This document shows, piece by piece, positions 1 through 10,135 of a stretch of DNA of 32,000 nt (positions are counted from its first letter, which is position 1; every line of letters begins with the position of its first letter). The notes under the pieces were generated by a model, which was given only the letters and a program-made list of their open reading frames with translations, had not been told where the DNA came from and searched no databases. Where the stretch lies: NCBI RefSeq assembly GCF_000354175.2, contig NC_022349.1:1260001-1292000 (forward strand), written 5' to 3'. Source of the stretch: Vibrio alginolyticus NBRC 15630 = ATCC 17749 (GTDB lineage Bacteria; Pseudomonadota; Gammaproteobacteria; Enterobacterales; Vibrionaceae). Both the position numbers and the translations under genes were made by a program.

Positions 1-1338
1 TTTGGTAGATAGGTAAGTTTTCCACTCTTGGTTTTCTAGCGTAACGTCTAGACCAAGTGTCTTCTTCCACATTGAACCCAGTGCAACCGCAAGTTTCTTG
101 TGGTTCTCTGATGTATTGTATAGAAGGTTAAATTCAAGAGGGTTGTCTGCGCCGTAACCCGCTTCTTCCAATAGACGCGCAGCTTCTGCGTTACGCTCTT
201 CTTGCGTCATTTTGCCGTATGCAGGAATTTCTGGGTTGAAACCTGCCGTAATTTCAGGTGTTAGGAAGTAAGCTGGCTTTTGACCTTGACCTAAAATCGC
301 ATCGGTCACAATGTTACGGTCAATCGCATAAGAAATCGCTTTACGCACACGAACATCATCAAACGGCTTTTTCTTCGTATTGAAGATGTAGTAGTAAGTA
401 CATAAGTTACCGGTTACAGACACTTCTTGTGGGTGCTCTTTCTTCAGACGCTTGAAGTGCTCTGTAGGCAGCTCGTTCGTGAAGTCGATTTCACCCGCTA
501 GGAAGCGGTTCATTTCCGCTACTTGGTTCTCGATTGGTAGGAAAGTAACTTGGTCAAGCGTCGTGTTTTCGTTGTCCCAGTACTGTTCGTTACGTTTTAG
601 AACCAAACGCTCGTTTACAACCCAGTTGTCAACAACATAAGCACCGTTACCTACAAAGTTCTCTGGCTTCGTCCATTGATCGCCGAACTTTTCAACAGTT
701 GCTTGATGAACAGGTTTCACTGTCGTGTGGCCCATCATCATTACAAAATATGGTACTGCAGTATCTAACTCAACCACTAACGTGTGATCGTCAACCGCTT
801 TAACACCTAACTCGCTCTTATCTTTTTTACCCGCAACAATGTCTTTTGCGTTCTTCATCTTGGTGTATTCCATGTACCAAGCATATGGAGAGGCGGTTGC
901 TGGATCGACTGCGCGTTGGAAGCTGTAAACGAAATCACCTGCAGTGACAGGATCACCGTTTGACCATTTTGCGTCTTCACGTAAGTGGAAAGTGTATGTT
1001 TTGTTGTCTTCAGTTTCCCAAGATTCTGCAACACCAGGGATAGTGTTACCGTCCGCATCTTGGTTTACAAGGCCTTCAAGAAGATCGCGAATCACGTGGG
1101 ATTCTGGAACACCTTGAGATTTATGAGGGTCTATTGTCGCAACTTCTGTACCGTTACCACGCACCAATTCTTGAACAGCAGCAAGTTTTGGCTCTTTAGA
1201 ATCAGATTTAGCTTCAGGGGCTGGAGCCGGAGCAGGCTCAGCAGCTTGTTTCTCCGCAGGCTTTTCACCACAACCAGCTAGAGCGAGAGAAAGACCAGCA
1301 CCAATAAATAAAGCGCGCGTGATTTTATTCTTATACAT
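1..1338 (-). CDS. oppA: Oligopeptide ABC transporter periplasmic substrate-binding lipoprotein, C-terminal part cut by window edge
   Basis: The minus-strand frame is open from the ATG at 1338-1336 to position 1. It is absent from the ORF track because no stop lies inside the window. My translation starts MYKNKITRALFIGAGLSLALAGCGEK (signal peptide plus LAGC lipobox). It continues with family-5 SBP blocks (VRGNGTEVATIDPHK, WSNGDPVTAGDFVYSFQRAVDP, FVGNGAYVVDNWVVNERLV). Confidence 0.85.
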   Translation of the reverse strand, partial: MYKNKITRALFIGAGLSLALAGCGEKPAEKQAAEPAPAPAPEAKSDSKEPKLAAVQELVRGNGTEVATIDPHKSQGVPESHVIRDLLEGLVNQDADGNTIPGVAESWETEDNKTYTFHLREDAKWSNGDPVTAGDFVYSFQRAVDPATASPYAWYMEYTKMKNAKDIVAGKKDKSELGVKAVDDHTLVVELDTAVPYFVMMMGHTTVKPVHQATVEKFGDQWTKPENFVGNGAYVVDNWVVNERLVLKRNEQYWDNENTTLDQVTFLPIENQVAEMNRFLAGEIDFTNELPTEHFKRLKKEHPQEVSVTGNLCTYYYIFNTKKKPFDDVRVRKAISYAIDRNIVTDAILGQGQKPAYFLTPEITAGFNPEIPAYGKMTQEERNAEAARLLEEAGYGADNPLEFNLLYNTSENHKKLAVALGSMWKKTLGLDVTLENQEWKTYLSTK

Positions 1339-1377
1339 GCGTAAAACTCCAAATTTTTTCGTTAGCATCCATGACTT

Positions 1378-1458
1378 CTTTGTAAGGGCCTGGAACGGTC
1401 AGAGTTTTAGATTTTTTTAGTGCACTTTCTGAGCACAAAAGTCTAAAACCTTACAAAG
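1378..1458 (-). repeat. Nested inverted repeat (about 80 nt long hairpin) in the oppA 5' leader
   Basis: CTTTGTAAGG (1378-1387) pairs with CCTTACAAAG (1449-1458). Inside it, GTTTTAGA (1404-1411) pairs with TCTAAAAC (1442-1449). It lies 40 nt upstream of the oppA ATG. Confidence 0.5.
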
Positions 1459-1813
1459 ACTGCGGCACACATTAGCAATCATTGAAGTAATTTGCCATAA
1501 AAATGTAGCAAAAAAACCAATAATGCTGACTAAACCACACATATCTAGCAGTAAACTCTAACCCCAAAGCATTCACCAGCCAAATAAAGACCAGAAGCGA
1601 CATTTAACAGGCGAAACTTTCGATTAATCTGAGTTTAAACCATTTACTAGCATCTTATGCTAGATATTTACACATCATTTAACATTTATGACAAATCAAG
1701 TCTAACAAATAATTGTTTATATATTGGGCAAAAAACTTTTATTGTGAAGAATATCACCAGACAAAAGATAGGAAATATTGAAACAAAGTGAGCAATACAA
1801 TGAAGATAAATAC

Positions 1814-1849
1814 AAAAAAAGCTAAGTACCATTAGCACTTAGCTTTTTT
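1814..1849 (-). terminator. Rho-independent terminator after moaE, bidirectional in form
   Basis: Stem AGCTAAGT (1820-1827) / ACTTAGCT (1837-1844), flanked by an A-run and a T-run. It lies 20 nt downstream of the moaE stop. Confidence 0.7.
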
Positions 1850-1869
1850 CACTAGAATGCGGGTTAGTT

Positions 1870-2325
1870 CTATTTTTCCCAACGCTGTGCAGCTTGATGA
1901 TCGGTGTCGCGCGACTCAACCCAACGATCTTCATTCGTCGTACGCTCTTTTTTCCAAAATGGAGCTTGGGTTTTCAGATAATCCATGATGAACTCGCACG
2001 CATCAAATGCCGCGCCGCGGTGCGCACTGGAAACGCCCACAAATACAATTTGATCACCGCTATCCATGTCTCCGACGCGATGAATCACGCGTACACCTAA
2101 TAGTGGCCAGCGAGACTCAGCTTGATCGCAAATGTCGCTCAAGCTCTTCTCTGTCATCCCCGGATAGTGCTCTAGATGTAAACCAATCACATTATCCCCA
2201 AGGTTCATATCTCGAACTTTACCAACGAATGTAACGACAGCGCCGGCAGCCGTCCCTTCAGATAGACGTTGATATTCTTGCTCAACCGAAAAGTCTTCAA
2301 TTTGTACAGAAACACGAGAATCCAT
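1870..2325 (-). CDS. moaE: Molybdopterin synthase catalytic subunit MoaE
   Basis: 151-aa ORF with full-length similarity to MoaE as I recall it. It is the last gene of the moaABCDE order. Confidence 0.9.
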   Translation of the reverse strand: MDSRVSVQIEDFSVEQEYQRLSEGTAAGAVVTFVGKVRDMNLGDNVIGLHLEHYPGMTEKSLSDICDQAESRWPLLGVRVIHRVGDMDSGDQIVFVGVSSAHRGAAFDACEFIMDYLKTQAPFWKKERTTNEDRWVESRDTDHQAAQRWEK

Positions 2326-2326
2326 C

Positions 2327-2584
2327 TTAACCCCCAGTTACCGGCGGGAAAAACGCAACTTCATCACCTGCTTTTACTTGTGTATCCAGAGGGACGATAG
2401 ATTGGTTCACTGCAGCAAGTAGCTTTCCTGACTCGAGTGCTAAATCCCACTTGCCATCTTTCTCAGTGCCTTCTTCCACTAGATGTGCACGAATTGATTC
2501 AACCGTTTCAAACGGCCCGTCTAACTCAACACTGTCGATGCCAATCAGCTCGCGAGTTTGAGCAAAGAAAAGTACTTTAATCAT
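2327..2584 (-). CDS. moaD: Molybdopterin synthase sulfur-carrier subunit MoaD
   Basis: 85-aa ORF ending in the diagnostic C-terminal Gly-Gly (PPVTGG). Its stop is 1 nt from the moaE start. Confidence 0.9.
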   Translation of the reverse strand: MIKVLFFAQTRELIGIDSVELDGPFETVESIRAHLVEEGTEKDGKWDLALESGKLLAAVNQSIVPLDTQVKAGDEVAFFPPVTGG

Positions 2585-3060
2585 GATTCCACCTTAAAGT
2601 GACCAGATTTACCACCCGTTTTCTCTAATAGACGAACTTGACCAATGACCATGTCTTTTTGTACTGCTTTACACATATCGTAAATCGTTAGAGCAGCAAC
2701 GGAAGCTGCCGTGAGCGCTTCCATTTCCACACCAGTTTTACCCGCAAGTTTACATACTGATTCGATGCGAACTTTGTTCTCTGCTTCGATAGCTTCCAGT
2801 TGAACTTCAACTTTAGAGAGTAGTAGCGGATGACAAAGTGGAATCAAATCCCAGGTTTTCTTCGCAGCTTGAATACCAGCAATACGAGCCGTCGCAAATA
2901 CATCACCTTTATGGTGCTGGCCAGAGACAATCAGTTGAAGTGTTTCTGGGGCCATGTGAACAAATGCTTCAGCACGAGCTTCACGAACCGTCTCCGTTTT
3001 TGCTGACACGTCAACCATGTTTGCTTCGCCAGAAGCATTGATATGTGTAAATTGGGTCAT
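2581..3060 (-). CDS. moaC: Cyclic pyranopterin monophosphate synthase MoaC
   Basis: 159-aa ORF with typical MoaC blocks ([26 protein letters not shown]). It overlaps the moaD start by 4 nt. Confidence 0.9.
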   Translation of the reverse strand: MTQFTHINASGEANMVDVSAKTETVREARAEAFVHMAPETLQLIVSGQHHKGDVFATARIAGIQAAKKTWDLIPLCHPLLLSKVEVQLEAIEAENKVRIESVCKLAGKTGVEMEALTAASVAALTIYDMCKAVQKDMVIGQVRLLEKTGGKSGHFKVES

Positions 3061-3086
3061 TGTTTTTCCTTCGCTTTTAGGAAAGG

Positions 3087-3599
3087 TTATACAGATAGGT
3101 GTGGCATGAAGTTACAAGGGCGATGACTTGCATCCAACTGCTGTTTAATAATTTTTGTCCAGCCTGTGCGGCACGCACCAGTTGAACCTGGCATTGCGAA
3201 GATCACGGTGTGGTTAGCAAAACCAGCAATCGCACGAGACTGAATCGTAGACGTACCGATCTCTTCGTACGACACCATACGGAACAACTCACCAAAACCT
3301 TCAACTTCTTTATCAAATAGAGGCTTAAGTGCTTCTGGCGTGCTATCACGTGAGGTGAAACCTGTACCGCCAGTAATCATGATCGCTTGTACGCTTTCAT
3401 CAGCAATCCATTGAGAAACAATCGCGCGGATCTTGTACATGTCATCAATAACAATTTGCTTGTCTACTACGTTGTGACCCGCTTCTTGAGCATGCTCAGC
3501 TAGGTAACGACCAGAGGTATCGTTTTCTTCAGTACGAGTGTCAGATACCGTTAGAACGGCAATATTTGCAGGTTGGAATTTGCTTTCAGCGTGACCCAT
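3087..3599 (-). CDS. moaB: Molybdenum cofactor biosynthesis protein MoaB
   Basis: 170-aa ORF collinear with E. coli MoaB ([22 protein letters not shown]). Confidence 0.9.
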   Translation of the reverse strand: MGHAESKFQPANIAVLTVSDTRTEENDTSGRYLAEHAQEAGHNVVDKQIVIDDMYKIRAIVSQWIADESVQAIMITGGTGFTSRDSTPEALKPLFDKEVEGFGELFRMVSYEEIGTSTIQSRAIAGFANHTVIFAMPGSTGACRTGWTKIIKQQLDASHRPCNFMPHLSV

Positions 3600-3650
3600 T
3601 TGTTCACCTATTCTCTTAATTAGCTTTGATACGCTTGGTATCGATTCGGA

Positions 3651-3685
3651 AAAAGTTAGAGCCAGCTTATCACTAAGCTCGCTCT
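3651..3685 (-). terminator. Intercistronic hairpin plus T5 between moaA and moaB (attenuator or mRNA-stabilising element)
   Basis: On the minus strand, AGAGCGAGCTTA-gtga-TAAGCTGGCTCT is followed by AACTTTTTCC, directly after the moaA stop. Confidence 0.3.
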
Positions 3686-3700
3686 AAAAGTTGAATGAAG

Positions 3701-4690
3701 TTAGCCGCCGATAGACGCGAGGTGTGGCGTCATACCAGTATTGCCATCATGCAAGAAATGGCTTACCGACTTGGTTTGTAACTGCGCCTGGATACGTTCA
3801 ATAAGCTCACTCTCTTGCTCATCACGTTCCAAAAGATCACGCAATTCTACACCGTAGTCTCCAAACAGACATAGGTGCAGCTTACCCATCGCAGAAACGC
3901 GCAGTCGGTTGCAGCTTTCACAAAAGTCTTTTTCATAAGGCATGATAAGACCTATTTCACCCTTGTAATCAGGATGAACAAATACTTGCGCAGGACCATC
4001 ATTATGCGAGCGTACTTTCAGCAACCAACCATTTGCAATTAGCTGGTTACGAATTGCCACTCCGGATACATGGTGCTTATTAAATAGCTCATCCATCTCA
4101 CCCGTTTGCATCAACTCAATGAAACGCAGTTGGATTGGACGATCTTTTATCCAGTTAAGAAACGCTGGCAGCTCGTGATGGTTCAGATCTTTCATCAACA
4201 CCACATTAACTTTTACTTGCTCATAACCGACCTCGAACGCACGTTCGATACCATTCATGACTTCAGTAAACTTATTTTCACCTGTGATTTGATGAAACAT
4301 ACGCGGGTCAAGGCTATCCACACTGACATTAATGTGGGTTAAACCCGCTTCACGCCAATCTGCGACTTGTTTTGCCATGCGATAGCCATTGGTTGTCGTT
4401 GCAACTTTTTGAATTCCAGGCGTCGCCGCTACTGAATGGATAATGTCGGTAAAATCTTTGCGTAAGCTAGGCTCACCACCAGTGATGCGCACTTTTGACG
4501 TGCCACAATCAGCGAATGCTTTTACGACCCGTTTGATTTCAGGGAGAGATAAAAAAGACGAGTTTTTATTGCCCGAAGGCTTATAGCCATCAGGAAGGCA
4601 ATAGGTACATTTGAAATTACATACGTCGGTCACAGACAGACGCAAGTAATAAAACTTACGATGAAATTTGTCTTCGAATTGTTGCGCCAC
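3701..4690 (-). CDS. moaA: GTP 3',8-cyclase MoaA (radical SAM)
   Basis: CNFKCTYC radical-SAM motif and a C-terminal GG. The track ORF starts at a TTG (4705). I prefer the GTG at 4690, which gives (M)[18 protein letters not shown], collinear with the E. coli MoaA N-terminus. GGAAAGG lies 6 nt upstream as the SD. Confidence 0.9.
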   Translation of the reverse strand: MAQQFEDKFHRKFYYLRLSVTDVCNFKCTYCLPDGYKPSGNKNSSFLSLPEIKRVVKAFADCGTSKVRITGGEPSLRKDFTDIIHSVAATPGIQKVATTTNGYRMAKQVADWREAGLTHINVSVDSLDPRMFHQITGENKFTEVMNGIERAFEVGYEQVKVNVVLMKDLNHHELPAFLNWIKDRPIQLRFIELMQTGEMDELFNKHHVSGVAIRNQLIANGWLLKVRSHNDGPAQVFVHPDYKGEIGLIMPYEKDFCESCNRLRVSAMGKLHLCLFGDYGVELRDLLERDEQESELIERIQAQLQTKSVSHFLHDGNTGMTPHLASIGG

Positions 4691-4693
4691 GGA

Positions 4694-4830
4694 ACACCTT
4701 TCCAAACACGGGAGGCATGGCCATTTCCAATCATGCCCTTGTGACAGTATGCCACTGGCTCAAAACGCTTATCCAAGGACTTAGCAATAGTGAGCTCGGA
4801 GTTATGGCAACCAGAGATATGAAATCTCTG
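4694..4830 (-). promoter_or_regulatory. Moco (molybdenum cofactor) riboswitch in the moaA leader
   Basis: The minus-strand leader contains the conserved CUCCGAG (4801-4795) and GCCUCCC (4716-4710) blocks. The helices are GAGCUCA/UGAGC and GGCAUG/CAUGCC, and the 3' end runs into the GGAAAGG SD. The position upstream of moaA matches the known Moco motif. The boundaries are approximate. Confidence 0.6.
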
Positions 4831-4988
4831 ATAGCTTTGCGGTGTAAAATACTTAATATTTGTAATGGAATCCAGACTTGAGTGATAAAAAACTCTCTAG
4901 AGACACAATTTACCGCTAAGTGAGTACCTTTAAGACACTCCTTAAGATAAATTGTAGCCGTTTTTTATTAGATTATTAGAAGAACATA

Positions 4989-5885
4989 ATGAATATCTAC
5001 ACAGATAAAAAAGTGGTCGCTGTTGGCGGTGGTCATGGCTTAGGTCGAATGCTGGCCGCATTACGAGATTTTGGCAGCAATGCAACTGGGATTGTTGCCA
5101 CGACTGACAATGGTGGTTCAACAGGAAGAATTCGTCACTGCCAAGGAGGAATCGCTTGGGGAGACACACGTAACTGTATTAATCAGCTCATTACAGAGCC
5201 TTCGATCAGTTCTATGATGTTTGAATATCGCTTCAAAGGCACTGGCGAACTTGATGGTCATAATCTTGGTAATTTGATGCTTACTGCACTCGATAACTTA
5301 TCGGTCAGACCTTTAGATGCCATTAATCTGATTCGCAATATGTTAAAAGTCGACGTTAACATCCTTCCTATGTCCGAACACCCTTCGGATCTTTCCGCGT
5401 TATCCGTAGATGGGAAGTGGGTTACGGGAGAAACAAATGTCGACGAAATGAAAGCAGACTTGCGACGTTTGGATCTTTCACCAGAAGTGCCTGCTACCAA
5501 AGAAGCCATCACAGCTTTGGCGGAAGCGGACGCGATTATTCTTGGCCCTGGCAGTTTTTTAACTAGTATCATGCCTCCTTTATTGCTGCCTGAACTCGGC
5601 AAAGCGATTGCAGCAAACACAAAAGCAAAAGTCATTTTTGTTGCTAACCTGAGTCCAGAATACGGCCCAGCAGGAAGAATGACGATGGCTCAAAAATTAG
5701 AATGGTGTGAACGTGCCTGCCAAGGAAGAAAAATAGACGTGGTTCTAACAGAGAAAACCGAGCAAGACGTCTTAAGTCAATGGAATGTAGTGACGGAGTC
5801 ACTCGCCTCCTCTAACCGAGACTGGCGTCACGATAGAAACAAGCTCAAACTAGCGATTGAAAATCAGCTACAACTTTCTATCTAG
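4989..5885 (+). CDS. ybhK: YbhK/YvcK family protein (UPF0052, CofD-like)
   Basis: 298-aa ORF with GGGHGLGR and TDNGGSTGR motifs. It is divergent from moaA, as ybhK is in E. coli. Confidence 0.8.
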   Translation: MNIYTDKKVVAVGGGHGLGRMLAALRDFGSNATGIVATTDNGGSTGRIRHCQGGIAWGDTRNCINQLITEPSISSMMFEYRFKGTGELDGHNLGNLMLTALDNLSVRPLDAINLIRNMLKVDVNILPMSEHPSDLSALSVDGKWVTGETNVDEMKADLRRLDLSPEVPATKEAITALAEADAIILGPGSFLTSIMPPLLLPELGKAIAANTKAKVIFVANLSPEYGPAGRMTMAQKLEWCERACQGRKIDVVLTEKTEQDVLSQWNVVTESLASSNRDWRHDRNKLKLAIENQLQLSI

Positions 5886-5934
5886 GAGCACGTTACCTGA
5901 CTAGCGCCCTCTTTTAAGTTGTTTATTGATAATG

Positions 5935-5961
5935 AAAACCCTTCTGTCATCGAAGGGTTTT
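5935..5961. terminator. Bidirectional terminator between convergent ybhK-like and luxU
   Basis: AAAACCCTTC (5935-5944) / GAAGGGTTTT (5952-5961). Confidence 0.7.
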
Positions 5962-6022
5962 AGTTCAGGCATCCAGTAAGAACAGATGTTTACTAAGAAA
6001 AATGGTTAATAGGAATAAATAG

Positions 6023-6367
6023 CTACTGTCGCCAAGAGCGATAAGCATCTCGAGTTTCGTGCAAAAGATCGAACATAACCTCTAACACCTCAGACTCCGC
6101 AGTTAACTCACCGGCTTTCGCTTTTTTGTCTATGGACATCGCCAGTTCACAAAGGCGATCTGCCCCAAAGCTCGCAGCACTACTTTTCAACGCGTGGCTG
6201 ATTTCTTTTGAGTAAGCTAATCGCTCTGCCCCCTGTAGTTGGGATAAGTTCTCGATATAGGTATCCATTTCTCCTAGGAAGATATCGAACAGTACAGGTA
6301 CGTTGTCACTGCCAATTTCCATCGACAGTTCATCTATTTTTTGCTGATTTAATACATTTACACTCAT
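6023..6367 (-). CDS. luxU: Quorum-sensing phosphorelay (HPt) protein LuxU
   Basis: Strong similarity to V. harveyi LuxU, including the [15 protein letters not shown] block that carries the phospho-His. I place the start at the ATG 6367-6365 ([14 protein letters not shown]), which forms an ATGA overlap with the luxO stop. The track ORF starts 30 nt earlier. Confidence 0.9.
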   Translation of the reverse strand: MSVNVLNQQKIDELSMEIGSDNVPVLFDIFLGEMDTYIENLSQLQGAERLAYSKEISHALKSSAASFGADRLCELAMSIDKKAKAGELTAESEVLEVMFDLLHETRDAYRSWRQ

Positions 6368-7770
6368 ACTTTTTGCCGCTCTTCCTTGCCGTTCCATGCC
6401 TGTAACTTGCGGTAAATCGTCGACGGACTGACATCAAGGTATCCCGCCGCTCGAGGAATATTGCCATCACATGCTTCAATCGCTTGCTCGATTGCCATTT
6501 TTTCCGTCATCCATAATGGCATAATCTCAGATGCGGTCATCGCTTTCGGCTCAATTAATTTAGCCACAGACGACGGACGGTCAAGCGGTTGATTCAACGG
6601 TGGCGGTAACATGTCCAACGTAATCTCTTTACCGTTGTTTAGAACAACGATATTGCGTAGCACGTTTTGTAACTGACGAACGTTACCCGGCCACTCATAG
6701 CTGTTGAATCGCTCGATGACATCTGGCGCAAAACGTATGAAGCTTTTTCCTTCTTCGTGTGACATGTAACCTAGCAGTGAGTATGCAATTTCAATAACAT
6801 CTTCGCCTCGTTCGCGTAAAGGCGGTAAATGCAAAGGAATGACATACAAACGATAGTACAAATCTTCACGGAATCGACCTTCTTGTACCTCTTTCCAGGG
6901 ATCACGGTTAGTGGCACAAACAAAGCGCACATCCACGCTCTTCATTTTTGAGGAACCCACTTTTTGGAATGTGCCCGTTTGAATAAATCGTAGCAACTTG
7001 GTTTGTAAATCCAAGTCCATCTCACAAAGCTCATCTAGAAAAAGTGTGCCGCCATCCGCTAACTCAGCTGCCCCTTGACGATCATTCGCAGCGCCAGTAA
7101 AGGCCCCTTTTACGTGACCAAACAGTTCACTCTCAATCAAATCTTTTGGAATTGCAGCACAGTTAATTGCAATAAAAGGTTTGTCACCACGTTTACTTGC
7201 TGCGTGAATAGCCTCGGCACATACCTCTTTACCAGTTCCACTTTCACCTGTGATAAAAATACTCGCTTTACTGCTCGCCGCTGAATCTATCGTACGGTAA
7301 ACCTGCTGCATGGTTTGGCTACTGCCGATAAACCCCTGATAGCTCTGATTGCCTGGATTATCGGCTTCATTTTTTAGCTTGGTCGCTTTACGAATTGCAT
7401 TGTTAACCGTGACACGTAAACGGTCTGCTTCACACGGTTTAATTAGAAAGTCTTGTGAGCCATGACGCATGGCCTCGACAGCGGTATCGATAGAACCGTG
7501 AGCGTTCATAAAAATTATAGGTACGTCGGGATGACTCTTTTTAACGGCATGTAAAACGTCCATCCCCGTCATATCTGGCAGACGGAGATCGAGTAAAATA
7601 AGATCTGGAATTCGATGATTTAGGCTCTCAATGGCATCCCTACCTGTGCCGACAATATTGATATCTATGCCAAGCGGTGTCAGGTATGAGCGGTACAGAG
7701 CCGCAACAGATGCGGTGTCCTCGACCATTAAAAGGTAACGAGACTTTGGGCCTTCGGGTTTTTGTTGCAT
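6364..7770 (-). CDS. luxO: Sigma-54-dependent response regulator LuxO
   Basis: 468 aa, comprising a receiver domain ([11 protein letters not shown]), an AAA+ domain ([14 protein letters not shown]) and a C-terminal HTH. It is near-identical to LuxO of Harveyi-clade vibrios as I recall it. See the finding on N89. Confidence 0.95.
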   Translation of the reverse strand: MQQKPEGPKSRYLLMVEDTASVAALYRSYLTPLGIDINIVGTGRDAIESLNHRIPDLILLDLRLPDMTGMDVLHAVKKSHPDVPIIFMNAHGSIDTAVEAMRHGSQDFLIKPCEADRLRVTVNNAIRKATKLKNEADNPGNQSYQGFIGSSQTMQQVYRTIDSAASSKASIFITGESGTGKEVCAEAIHAASKRGDKPFIAINCAAIPKDLIESELFGHVKGAFTGAANDRQGAAELADGGTLFLDELCEMDLDLQTKLLRFIQTGTFQKVGSSKMKSVDVRFVCATNRDPWKEVQEGRFREDLYYRLYVIPLHLPPLRERGEDVIEIAYSLLGYMSHEEGKSFIRFAPDVIERFNSYEWPGNVRQLQNVLRNIVVLNNGKEITLDMLPPPLNQPLDRPSSVAKLIEPKAMTASEIMPLWMTEKMAIEQAIEACDGNIPRAAGYLDVSPSTIYRKLQAWNGKEERQKV

Positions 7771-7818
7771 AACCTAGCTATTATTTTGTTGTGTTTTAAA
7801 CAATAATCGCATTACGCT

Positions 7819-7831
7819 TTGCATTTTGCAA
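7819..7831. promoter_or_regulatory. LuxO binding site (UAS) for qrr1, overlapping the luxO promoter region
   Basis: TTGCATTTTGCAA is a perfect match to the published LuxO consensus TTGCA-W3-TGCAA. It is centred about 96 nt upstream of the predicted qrr1 start. Confidence 0.75.
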
Positions 7832-7894
7832 ATAACATTAGCTAAATTATGGGCAAAGGAAAAAATTCAAAAATAATATCAATTATTTAAAAAG

Positions 7895-7910
7895 TGGCAC
7901 AAACCATGCT
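7895..7910 (+). promoter_or_regulatory. Sigma-54 (-24/-12) promoter of qrr1
   Basis: TGGCAC-aaacc-ATGCT, with GG at 7896-7897 and GC at 7908-7909, which is the canonical spacing. Confidence 0.8.
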
Positions 7911-7920
7911 GTAACGATAG

Positions 7921-8016
7921 TGACCCCTCGGGTCACCTAGCCAACTGACGTTGTTAGTGAACGATATGTTCACAAAACAAGCCAATAGACCCGACTGCCT
8001 ATTGGCTTCTTTTTTT
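7921..8016 (+). ncRNA. qrr1: Qrr1 quorum-regulatory small RNA
   Basis: TGACCCCTCGGGTCACCTAGCCAACTGACGTTGTTAGTGAA contains the conserved Qrr core. It ends in the terminator GCCAATAG...CTATTGGC plus a T-run (7981-8016). It is divergent from luxO, as in other vibrios. The hairpin can also terminate the convergent uvrB. Confidence 0.9.
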
Positions 8017-8060
8017 ACAAGCGACCTAAAATGCTTGGATAGTTAAATCGGTAAGTTTGT

Positions 8061-10091
8061 TCAACTATTTGCGATGAACTGCGCTCGTAGTTTTTCAATC
8101 TCGTCACGCTTTTGTGCCGCTAACTCAAATTCTAAATCTTGCGCATGCTGATACATCGCTGCCTCCAGTCGACTGATTTCTTTTTCTAGCTGCTGAGGGG
8201 ACAGTGCCTCGTAAGTTTGCGAAGGCTCCGCCACTTTCGATAATGGTACCTGTTTAGTGTTACGCTGGCGTTTAGACTTAGTGATATCGCCAAGTTCCAT
8301 GATGTCTTTGATATTTCGTTTGAGCGCTTGTGGCGAAATACCCATTTCTTCGTTGTACGCTTCCTGCTTCTCGCGACGACGGTTAGTTTCATCCATCGCC
8401 TTTTTCATTGAGTTGGTGATTCGGTCAGCGTATAAAATCGCCTTACCTTCGATGTTTCGCGCAGCACGACCAATGGTCTGAATGAGTGAGCGTTCAGACC
8501 GCAAGAAGCCCTCTTTATCCGCATCCAAAATTGCAACTAACGAGACCTCTGGCATATCCAGGCCCTCTCTCAATAAGTTTATTCCCACCAGCACGTCAAA
8601 TTCCCCAAGACGAAGGTCACGGATAATTTCCACACGCTCAACAGTATCAATGTCTGAGTGTAAATAACGTACCTTAACATCATGTTCGTGAAGGTATTCG
8701 GTGAGATCTTCAGCCATTCGTTTGGTCAGTGTTGTAACCAGAACTCGTTCATCTTTAGCTGCGCGAATACGGATCTCAGACAATAGGTCGTCGACTTGGG
8801 TCGCTACTGGGCGAACTTCCAACTCAGGGTCAAGCAAGCCTGTTGGACGAACGACTTGATCCGCCACATCACCCGCCGATTTTTCTAGTTCGTAATTTCC
8901 GGGCGTAGCAGAGACGAAAATCGTTTGTGGCGCTAGTGCTTCAAACTCCTCAAACTTCAGTGGACGATTATCCAAAGCTGAAGGTAACCGGAAACCAAAC
9001 TCCACCAGCGTTTCTTTACGCGAACGGTCACCTTTATACATGGCACCTATCTGCGGTACTGTCACGTGAGATTCATCGATGATCAACAAGCCATCATGAG
9101 GTAAGTAGTCAAACAGGGTTGGTGGCGGCTCACCTTCCGAGCGTCCACTGAGATAACGAGAATAGTTTTCGATACCGGAGCAAAAGCCCAACTCATTCAT
9201 CATTTCGATATCGAATTGAGTGCGCTGGCTAATTCGCTGCTCTTCCAGTAGCTTGTTGTTATCTAGAAGCTGCTTTTTGCGCACTTCTAGTTCGACTTTA
9301 ATATTTTCAATCGCTTCAAGAATGCGATCTCTTGGCGTCACATAGTGCGTCTTGGGATAGATGGTATAGCGCGGCAAGTCTCGTTGTTTGACCACGCCTG
9401 TCAATGGGTCGAACACACTGATGCAATCCACCTCATCGTCAAACATCTCAACGCGCACAGCGTCTTGGTCTGATTCAGCAGGGAATATATCAATCACCTC
9501 GCCACGGACACGGAACTGCCCTCGCTCAAAAGCAACATCATTGCGCGAGTATTGGAGCTCCGCTAGGCGACGAAGCATATCACGCTGATCAATCACATCT
9601 CCACGTCGCAAATGAAGCATCATTTGTAAGTAGGATTCCGGATCACCCAAACCATAGATAGCTGAAACCGATGCAACAATAATGGCATCTTTACGTTCTA
9701 GTAGTGCTTTTGTAGCAGACAAACGCATTTGTTCTATATGCGCGTTAACTGAAGCGTCTTTCTCTATAAAGGTATCCGTGGTCGGAACGTACGCTTCAGG
9801 TTGGTAGTAATCGTAGTAAGAAACAAAATACTCAACCGCATTATTAGGAAAGAATGACTTCATCTCACCATATAACTGAGCAGCAAGCGTTTTGTTTGGC
9901 GCAAGTAATATTGCAGGTCGTTGGGCTTGAGCAATCACATTCGCTAGTGTGAAGGTTTTACCTGAGCCTGTGACCCCCAACAAGGTTTGATGTGCTAGCC
10001 CAGCATCGAGCCCCTCAAGCAACTGATTGATCGCTCCTGGTTGATCGCCCGACGGCTGATAATCGGAGACCAATTCATAGACTTTACTCAT
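8061..10091 (-). CDS. uvrB: Excinuclease ABC subunit B
   Basis: Collinear with E. coli UvrB along its whole length ([15 protein letters not shown], the C-terminal UVR domain). I prefer the start at 10091 (MSKVYELVS) because the upstream AGGAAGG serves as SD. The track start at 10103 would place the ATG inside that SD. Confidence 0.95.
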   Translation of the reverse strand: MSKVYELVSDYQPSGDQPGAINQLLEGLDAGLAHQTLLGVTGSGKTFTLANVIAQAQRPAILLAPNKTLAAQLYGEMKSFFPNNAVEYFVSYYDYYQPEAYVPTTDTFIEKDASVNAHIEQMRLSATKALLERKDAIIVASVSAIYGLGDPESYLQMMLHLRRGDVIDQRDMLRRLAELQYSRNDVAFERGQFRVRGEVIDIFPAESDQDAVRVEMFDDEVDCISVFDPLTGVVKQRDLPRYTIYPKTHYVTPRDRILEAIENIKVELEVRKKQLLDNNKLLEEQRISQRTQFDIEMMNELGFCSGIENYSRYLSGRSEGEPPPTLFDYLPHDGLLIIDESHVTVPQIGAMYKGDRSRKETLVEFGFRLPSALDNRPLKFEEFEALAPQTIFVSATPGNYELEKSAGDVADQVVRPTGLLDPELEVRPVATQVDDLLSEIRIRAAKDERVLVTTLTKRMAEDLTEYLHEHDVKVRYLHSDIDTVERVEIIRDLRLGEFDVLVGINLLREGLDMPEVSLVAILDADKEGFLRSERSLIQTIGRAARNIEGKAILYADRITNSMKKAMDETNRRREKQEAYNEEMGISPQALKRNIKDIMELGDITKSKRQRNTKQVPLSKVAEPSQTYEALSPQQLEKEISRLEAAMYQHAQDLEFELAAQKRDEIEKLRAQFIANS

Positions 10092-10119
10092 ACCCTTCCT
10101 CAATTTTACTGCGCTTTGG

Positions 10120-10135
10120 CTGTATATATATACAC
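10120..10135. promoter_or_regulatory. LexA (SOS) box upstream of uvrB
   Basis: CTGTATATATATACAC has one mismatch to CTGT-N8-ACAG. It lies 29 nt upstream of the uvrB start. uvrB is a classical SOS gene. Confidence 0.6.

Noticed and set aside
452-1281. Track ORFs 452..640(+), 855..1058(-) and 985..1281(+).
   Set aside because: All lie inside, or antisense to, the well-supported oppA reading frame.
5258-5635. Antisense or nested ORFs inside well-supported genes: 5258..5635, 8186..8667, 11610..12478, 14521..14975, 18066..18329, 19409..19694, 20017..20256, 24294..24575, 29722..29943 and 31320..31544.
   Set aside because: Each is fully embedded in a conserved gene on the opposite strand or in another frame. 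None has translation signals or a recognisable product.
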